Positions 56,843 through 62,821 of a DNA stretch of 62,821 nucleotides are shown piece after piece; position 1 is the first letter of the stretch, and each line of letters opens with the position of its first letter. The stretch is from Nakamurella sp. (lineage in GTDB: Bacteria; Actinomycetota; Actinomycetes; Mycobacteriales; Nakamurellaceae). The notes under the pieces were generated by a model. That model was not told where the DNA came from and ran no database searches. It saw only the letters and a list, made by a program, of their open reading frames with translations. Where the stretch lies: the NCBI GenBank assembly GCA_050999445.1, contig JBPCPG010000275.1, positions 1-62,821 on the forward strand, written 5' to 3'. The position numbers and the translations under genes were made by a program.

Positions 56843-57556
56843 ATGACCGGAAGCCAGCTCGGGCCATGGGTGGAGGGGTGGTTGTCTGCTCCTCGGTTGG
56901 CTGTGTACCTGAGCGCGGTCGGCGGCGATCGGCAGATCGCGGTAGATCTGTACGAGTGGAACTCGGCTTTATCAGCCGCCTTCATGCACGACCTGGGCCA
57001 TCTGGAGGTTGCGTTGCGCAACGCCTACGACGCAGCCTTGACCAGTGGCGCAGTGTCGGGTCGGCCTCACTGGACGCAGGACGCGGCTCGCTACTTCCCG
57101 TCGGTGTGGCGTACGGCGAAGAACGGAGCCCGATACGACGTCAATGACGAGCCTCGGCACCAAATCGCGCGGGCGGTCGGTTCGGCGGGCACCGGGTCAC
57201 CTGGTAAGGCGATCGCGGAGCTGACCTTCGGCTTCTGGCGGTACTTGTCCTCGGCTGCTCATGAGGTGCCGTTGTGGCGGCCGTACCTGCATCGAGCCTT
57301 TCTGCCGGGCACATCCCGGGCCACGGTCGACGCGCCAGTGACGAGGCTGCACAAGTTCCGAAATCGGGTTGCGCATCACGAGCCGCTCCTGCGTCGCGAT
57401 CGGCTGTCCGGCTTAATGAGCCTGGAGACTGGGCACTTGACGGATAGGTGTGACGACGGGCTTTCGATAGCTGGAAAGATCTCTGTCGATCTACGTGGTT
57501 ATGTTGCGGCGCATAGCCAGTGCAGCTCAATTATCAGTCAGCGACCGACACCGTGA
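56843..57556 (+). CDS. Abi-like (Abi_2/AbiD-F, HEPN) protein
   Basis: LSAPRL..Y, LYEWN, LEVALRN, LTFGFW, RNRVAHHEP (RxxxxH). Confidence 0.85.
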   Translation: MTGSQLGPWVEGWLSAPRLAVYLSAVGGDRQIAVDLYEWNSALSAAFMHDLGHLEVALRNAYDAALTSGAVSGRPHWTQDAARYFPSVWRTAKNGARYDVNDEPRHQIARAVGSAGTGSPGKAIAELTFGFWRYLSSAAHEVPLWRPYLHRAFLPGTSRATVDAPVTRLHKFRNRVAHHEPLLRRDRLSGLMSLETGHLTDRCDDGLSIAGKISVDLRGYVAAHSQCSSIISQRPTP

Positions 57557-57619
57557 AGCGTGCCCCTGCACCTGTATCAAGACGGAACAAACGCTGTTGC
57601 AGTTTGTTACAGTGAGCGT

Positions 57620-58807
57620 ATGTCTACGACAAAGCTTGATGCAAACAGCCTGCGGATGCTCGAGGATCGTGCGATCGAGGCGGCTGCACGGGTAGGGCAG
57701 ATCACTCTCGCTGATGAAGCGGCACGGGCCGAGCTGGCCGACTGGGCAGTTCAGTGGCATCAAGCGGGCGCGAGCTTACGGACAATTGCCGCGAGTCTCG
57801 GTATGAACCACGTCCAGGTCAAACGAATGATCGATCAGACCGACCGGCCGTACCCTCGATCCGTTGTGCCCATCATCAGTGCCCATCAACTGCTCGAATA
57901 CTACTTGCCCTCGTTTGGCCAACCAGAGCGCGCAATCGTGACCTTCAACGATGGCGACATGTTGCTGTCGGCCGGAATTCACCCAGCCGACTATGCATCA
58001 TTTTTCAGCGAGCTCCATCTGCCCAACCTTTTGCTTTTTAACGCGGATGGCGACGCTTTGGGTATTCAGGATGCGAATTGCGGCTATGGCGGTTGCGGCC
58101 CATCGAATACTGAATGGCTGCTCGAGCGATTGGATTGGCCCGCAGACCAAATACCGATGGTATCCACACATCGGTATTTGGAATTGAGTCGGTCGGGACC
58201 CATCCGGGCGGAGGTCAATCCGATCAGCCACGTGGACTCGAGATGGCTAACCGTGCTGCCGGACGGTGGAATCCGCATCCGGCCCCGCTCCGGACGAGAC
58301 GCGACGTTCAAGCTGGGAGGATCCGGCGTCCGTGAGCAGCAAGACAACTACGTGCACAACGGTGAGGGCAATCTCGCCAAGGACTGGATAGCTGAGGTGT
58401 TCGACGCTACGCCCAGATTCCCGTGGGCCGACGGAGTCCGAGTGGCGCGGTGCTATCTCAGCCACGAAGCGATCGCCCACGCGGGTCTGCGTGATCGTGG
58501 GCGTAGTTACTCCGGGCCCAGCTTCGCCAGCGTCATCATCGAGCAGGGAGATTCGCAACTGTGGTGTCAGACAAGTGTCCCACTCGACTACACGGAGCAT
58601 TTTTCGGACGCTACCCTCAACCTGCTCGACACCGCCGGACTGGCGCAAGACCGAACCTCGACGCCTACGCGGTGGCTTCGGAAGCTCCTCGGGGGTGTTA
58701 CTCAAAAGCGGGACTTCATCGATGTGTCCGTATCTGGCCAGTCCACCCTGCGGCGTGACCCATCCGACATGGCAATATCCGCTAAAACAGAAGCCGAAGT
58801 AAGCTAG
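57620..58807 (+). CDS. Hypothetical protein with N-terminal HTH
   Basis: GASLRTIAASLGMNHVQVKRMI; NCGYGGCGP motif; lower GC. Confidence 0.65.
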   Translation: MSTTKLDANSLRMLEDRAIEAAARVGQITLADEAARAELADWAVQWHQAGASLRTIAASLGMNHVQVKRMIDQTDRPYPRSVVPIISAHQLLEYYLPSFGQPERAIVTFNDGDMLLSAGIHPADYASFFSELHLPNLLLFNADGDALGIQDANCGYGGCGPSNTEWLLERLDWPADQIPMVSTHRYLELSRSGPIRAEVNPISHVDSRWLTVLPDGGIRIRPRSGRDATFKLGGSGVREQQDNYVHNGEGNLAKDWIAEVFDATPRFPWADGVRVARCYLSHEAIAHAGLRDRGRSYSGPSFASVIIEQGDSQLWCQTSVPLDYTEHFSDATLNLLDTAGLAQDRTSTPTRWLRKLLGGVTQKRDFIDVSVSGQSTLRRDPSDMAISAKTEAEVS

Positions 58808-58839
58808 GTGTTGAGCCGACATGGGATGGACTGGCAATC

Positions 58840-60242
58840 ATGACCGGAGCGGCGCTCAGTGGGGATCCCAACGGCGGTTTAGTCAATGAGTCTGCGAAGC
58901 CGCGCGTGCTCGTCATTGGCTTCGACGACGGCGATGAAGGCCCGTGGTTGCTCGCCCGCTTACGAGAAGTTGTTGCTACTGTCGATCGAGTGCCGGATCT
59001 GACTTTTGTGCGGTCCGACGAGTGGGACGTCCTCATCACCGATCGAGCATTCATCGACCGGGTGGAAAAAGTCGAGACCAAGACCGTGAGTCGTGGTCTT
59101 GGTTCAGCGATCCCGAGGAATCTGAATGTCATCTACCGCGCCCGCCCAGGCGAACTCCTGCACACCCTCGACCGCAGCACTGGTACCTCACCACGCATGG
59201 TGAGGTGGAAGACCGGCAAGCGCGCACGAGAACTGCGACGACCACCGGGGATCCCGGAACACATCGCTGCTCTTGATCACGAGTCGCTAGAACCGGTGGT
59301 CATCTCCCGCAAGGAACATCTCGTGTTTTTGATACCCGTTCAGGGCTCATCGTCCTTTGGGGGCTACGAGCCGACGATCGTGCCGGTTGAACCTGACACC
59401 TACAAGCTGCAGCCGTTTCTAATGACGGCCGATGGTGAGGTTCTTGCTGGCCGTTACCGCCGGTCCCAGCACTCCGAAGGGTGGCTACTGCCGCATGACG
59501 TCGCGGACCTCATTCCATGGCTGCGGGCTGCTCTTCGTGAGTGGCATTTGCTGGATCTGAAGCACTTCCCGGGGCAGCCGGGATGGGCGGAGGAACCGAC
59601 TTGGCAGACGCCTATCGAAGCGGACCTGGCCCTGCAGATTCAGGACTTCGAGAAGGGTGTAGAGCTGGCTATGGCGAACTTTGCGGTCGAGCGAAGTGAG
59701 TTGCATGGGCGGTTAGAAGCAGCCAGCCGCGCCGCTGATCGGTACGAGCGGGCGCTGTTGACCACTCAGTCCGATGACCTCGTAGTAGCGGTGCTGCAAG
59801 TCCTGTTTGAGCTTGGCTTCCAGGTAGAGGATTCCGATGCGCTCGCAGCGAACGGCGATCATGTGCAGGACATCATTGTTCGCGATTTGGCCGATCCGGA
59901 GTGGGTCGCACTTGTGGAGGTCAAGGGATACACCAAAGGCGCTCGAACCGAAGCATTTAGCCAGTTCAACCGGTTCTCGATGCGGTTCGTGTTGAAGTAC
60001 CAAAAAGCGCCGAATGCTCTGTGGTACGTCGTGAATCAATTTCTGGCGCGTGATCCGGGTGAACGCCAGCAAGTTCTGCACGGGAAGGAAGAAGACATAG
60101 CAGCCTTCGCCGACCAGGGGGGCTGGTCATCGACACCGTTGAACTGTTCCGGCTTCTCATGATGGTCCGCCGCGCCGACATCGAACCGCAGACTGCCAGA
60201 GCAGCTCTTCGAACGGGTGTCGGCAGATTCGATGCGGGCTAG
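58840..60242 (+). CDS. Coiled-coil plus PD-(D/E)xK restriction-endonuclease-like protein; frameshift in G6 run near C-terminus
   Basis: LFELGF, QDIIV...LVEVKG; adding one G at 60117-60122 restores GGLVIDTVELFRL... to a stop at 60242. Confidence 0.65.
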
Positions 60243-60333
60243 CGACTGGCTGCCGCACGCTCCAGCCGACTGACGTACGGCGGCTCGTTGCGAATCACGA
60301 TCCAGGGCTGGAAGCTAACTTTGTCGACGCCAC

Positions 60334-61065
60334 CTACTGGCGGCTGATGTCGACGATGACGGCCCATTTGTAGTGGTCACGGCCGTATAACTTGGGGGCA
60401 AGTTCAGGGGGTGGCCCAACGTCAACGGCGTTTACTCGCCAGACGGTGTGCCGCGGCATCAACAGGTCCCATTCCACTGGCACGCGGCTGGCAACGCCCA
60501 GGTGGACGCCGCCGGTGGTGACGGTGCGAAATAGCACGGGGGCACCCTTGTCAGGGTTGTGGGTGAAGCGGACGGCAATCGTGGGCGACAACGACCATGA
60601 TGTGAAGGCCGGCTGCCGAATCAATGATTCGACGGGCCACAACCGGTTCGCTTCGGTCAGCGCAGCGGCTGGGTCGGTGACCTTGGCCAGCGACGCATGG
60701 TGACGTTCCCCGCGGTAGACGGTCACCTGGCCGCCGTGCACGGGCGCGGCGGCCAAAGCCGCGTCGATGGCGGCGACGGCGCGGCGGTCCCGGCGACGTA
60801 GCGGCTGACCATGGGTGTCCGCGTCATGCAGCCGACTGTTCAGTCCGTGCCCGTGCATCCATTTGTATCGGCGCACAGCCTTGCGCTCATCGGGGGAAAG
60901 TCCTTCCCACCAACGCGCGGCGGGCGCCTGAATCACTGCGTAAGCATTCAAATCGGCGATGGTGGCGCTGTGACTGGTCCGGTGTAGGAACGGCGGCTTC
61001 CAGCCCGGACCGAACGCCGGATTGCGGCTGGCTTTCTCGCCGGAAATCGTCGGGTCTGTCGTCAT
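60334..61065 (-). CDS. ADP-ribosyltransferase-like protein (VIP2/R-S-E clade)
   Basis: LN..L, IDAAL, VTVYRG, AFTSWSLS, VEWDLLMPR. Confidence 0.75.
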   Translation of the reverse strand: MTTDPTISGEKASRNPAFGPGWKPPFLHRTSHSATIADLNAYAVIQAPAARWWEGLSPDERKAVRRYKWMHGHGLNSRLHDADTHGQPLRRRDRRAVAAIDAALAAAPVHGGQVTVYRGERHHASLAKVTDPAAALTEANRLWPVESLIRQPAFTSWSLSPTIAVRFTHNPDKGAPVLFRTVTTGGVHLGVASRVPVEWDLLMPRHTVWRVNAVDVGPPPELAPKLYGRDHYKWAVIVDISRQ

Positions 61066-61207
61066 TACCTGGTCACTTTTCCTAGGACGAGTTCTTCATC
61101 AGCGGTCCAGGCTCCATGCTCGATTCGCTAGAACCAACTTCCGGTAAGGCGTTGGATCGGTGGGGCGGGTCAGTGACCGGGCCGATCGCACCATTACGTG
61201 AGACAGC

Positions 61208-61585
61208 TCAGGTCGACAGCAGCTGGTGTGCCCGCTGGTATGACACGTCGAGCACGGCGCCGATGTCTCGGACGGTGAGGCCGGCGGTTTTCAGTTCGTG
61301 GGCGATGGTGCGGTGTAGTGCGCTGGCGGCCTCGGTGGCTTCTTGGGCCTGGTGGCGAAGGCGTGCCAGCTCGGTTACGTGGGCAGATACTTCTTCCGGC
61401 ATCTGCGGGGTCACTTGGACTTCAACCTCCGATTCGGGCACATCGGCCACGTATGCGATTGCCTCACGGATGAATTCGCGTGCTTGGCTGAGCCTGGACA
61501 CCTGGGTGATGGCGCCGGGGAACTCGATGCACTGCACCACCCACCACCGACCATCTTTGGTCGCCGTCGCTGTGTACTGAGTCAT
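61208..61585 (-). CDS. hicB: HicB-like antitoxin
   Basis: DGRWWVV..FPGAITQ..L.QARE; C-terminal HTH GLTVRDIGAVLDVSYQRAHQL. Confidence 0.8.
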   Translation of the reverse strand: MTQYTATATKDGRWWVVQCIEFPGAITQVSRLSQAREFIREAIAYVADVPESEVEVQVTPQMPEEVSAHVTELARLRHQAQEATEAASALHRTIAHELKTAGLTVRDIGAVLDVSYQRAHQLLST

Positions 61586-61797
61586 CGCCGCTTCCACCAT
61601 TCCTTTCCAAGTGCCGGCTGGAGCTGCTTGTAGAGCGCTTCAGCTGTCCCCTCGGCCACCTCGCTGTGTCGACCGAGGGTTGTGCGGACCTGACCCACCA
61701 TGAGGCCTGTATGCCGGGTGCGTTCCTCCTCCTGGTACATCACGCCGGCATCCTTCGCAGCTTTCCGGATCTTCTTGAGGGCCGCGGCTCGCTTCAT
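61582..61797 (-). CDS. hicA: HicA-like toxin
   Basis: 71-aa basic protein, RHT and RHSEV motifs, coupled to hicB. Confidence 0.75.
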   Translation of the reverse strand: MKRAAALKKIRKAAKDAGVMYQEEERTRHTGLMVGQVRTTLGRHSEVAEGTAEALYKQLQPALGKEWWKRR

Positions 61798-61804
61798 GAG
61801 GTTA

Positions 61805-61844
61805 GTCTAGAGCGCATTGACTATCAAGTCAAGACGCTCTAGAC
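61805..61844. promoter_or_regulatory. Inverted-repeat operator of the hicAB promoter
   Basis: GTCTAGAGCG-CA-TTGACT-ATCA-AGTCAA-GA-CGCTCTAGAC. Confidence 0.7.
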
Positions 61845-62062
61845 GTTTGGAGGAGTGGGCCGCAGCCGGCGCCACCTTTGTTGAGGACCTGGCTGCCCGG
61901 TTCGTCGATCAGGTGGTCGAGCCGCTGGCGGAAAGCCTGCCAAACGGGTCCACCGGCGGGTAATGGACAGAAACCGGGCAGTCCGTGGAACACCGGCGAT
62001 GTCGGAGCTGTTTGGAAACGGATGGCGGCGTGCTGGCGGTCCACTTGGTCGGCGCCGTTTGA

Positions 62063-62335
62063 TCAGCTTGAGTTGCGGGATCCTTCGACGTCGTCGTTGA
62101 AAAGCCAGACGTAGGTGGATTGGGGCCTGATGTACTCGGTCGCGGTCACTGCGGCCGGTGCGGTCGTGATCCGGCACATCACGTGTCCGGGTGCGTGTCG
62201 GACCACCGTGGCCGCGGTCCACGTCTCCTCGCCGTCGAGTCGGATCAGCCGGGCACGCACCGGGTAGGCGTCGGTGCTCGGCCGGACCGGGACCTGCGCC
62301 GGCCGGTGCGCATTCATGAACTCTTCATCCGCCAC
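62063..62335 (-). CDS. Small hypothetical protein, probably SOS-regulated
   Basis: ORF directly downstream of an SOS-box match. Confidence 0.55.
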   Translation of the reverse strand: MADEEFMNAHRPAQVPVRPSTDAYPVRARLIRLDGEETWTAATVVRHAPGHVMCRITTAPAAVTATEYIRPQSTYVWLFNDDVEGSRNSS

Positions 62336-62347
62336 CGACTGATTGTA

Positions 62348-62363
62348 TCGAACACGTGTTCGT
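62348..62363. promoter_or_regulatory. Actinobacterial LexA (SOS) box
   Basis: TCGAAC-ACGT-GTTCGT versus consensus TCGAAC-N4-GTTCGA; abuts a TACAAT -10 on the minus strand. Confidence 0.7.
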
Positions 62364-62821
62364 TATCGGCACCGGGTTCAGCCGCGGCGGTCGTCGAGCT
62401 CGAGGTTGGTAACGTAATGATTCACAGAGTCGGCAGGTCATCGAGAAGATCCCGCGGACGAAGCACGGCCCAAAAAATTGGACAGATCATCATCAGGCGT
62501 TGGGCGACTGCATCTAGCAGAATGGAGTGAACGATCGAGAGACTCGCAGCAGCCCGAGCCCGCGGCCGGTGCAGCGGGCAGAAGCCTAAGCCTCGATCCG
62601 TGGACCTGCGCGGATGATGATCTTGCTCCGGGGTTTGGCGGTAGTTTGAGTGCCGGTTTTGGTTTTTGGCGCGCTTGATGAGCTGGTCTGCTCCAGCATG
62701 TCCGTTGCGGTTCCTGTGGCGGCGTTCTCGGCCGGGTCGGGTGGGTTCAGGCTGCGAGTGGTTGTCGGTGGTGCGGGCTGAACACGTTGTCCCATAGCTG
62801 TTTCCACTGACGTTGGTGGGG

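Larger units (their letters stand above)
1..62821. mobile_element. Segment of an actinobacterial linear conjugative plasmid-like element (Tap/Tpg replicon, T4SS and Tad pilus)
   Basis: Tap- and Tpg-like genes, ParA system, FtsK translocase, Tcp-like transfer operon and defence/TA cargo; no housekeeping genes. Telomeres are not seen in the window. Confidence 0.8.

Noticed and set aside
1-62821. CRISPR array
   Set aside because: No regularly spaced 25-40 bp repeats with unique spacers, and no cas genes
62586-62821. CDS at the right edge
   Set aside because: Low-complexity and probably the tail of a gene starting outside the window; cannot be assigned

Overview
High-GC actinobacterial mobile DNA. 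It is most likely part of a large linear (invertron-type) conjugative plasmid or an integrated derivative; no rRNA, tRNA, CRISPR array, integrase or relaxase is visible. Left arm (minus strand): a KTSC/zinc-finger amidoligase, a Tpg-like terminal protein with a duplicated HTH, a ~1770-aa fusion of DnaG-type primase, P-loop helicase and Tap-like telomere polymerase, RHH and WhiB-like regulators, an FtsK/SpoIIIE translocase and a ParA plus small partner. Centre (plus strand): a Gram-positive Tcp-like T4SS operon, then a full Tad/Flp pilus operon with a LysM-BTAD protein and prepilin peptidase. Right arm: GGCT plus Ntn glutamine amidotransferase, a DEDDh exonuclease, an orphan C5 methyltransferase, phage-like ORFs, DUF5131, a macrodomain, an Abi-like HEPN protein, a PD-(D/E)xK protein, an ART-like protein and HicAB. 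The annotation does not explain three non-coding signals: (1) a strongly over-represented, strand-polarised 9-mer TTGGACAGA scattered through genes in all frames; (2) 8-bp-period repeat arrays at about a dozen mostly intergenic/promoter regions; (3) a 28-bp near-perfect direct repeat about 56 kb apart that brackets the replication/transfer core. All family calls come from motif recognition by eye, not database searches.
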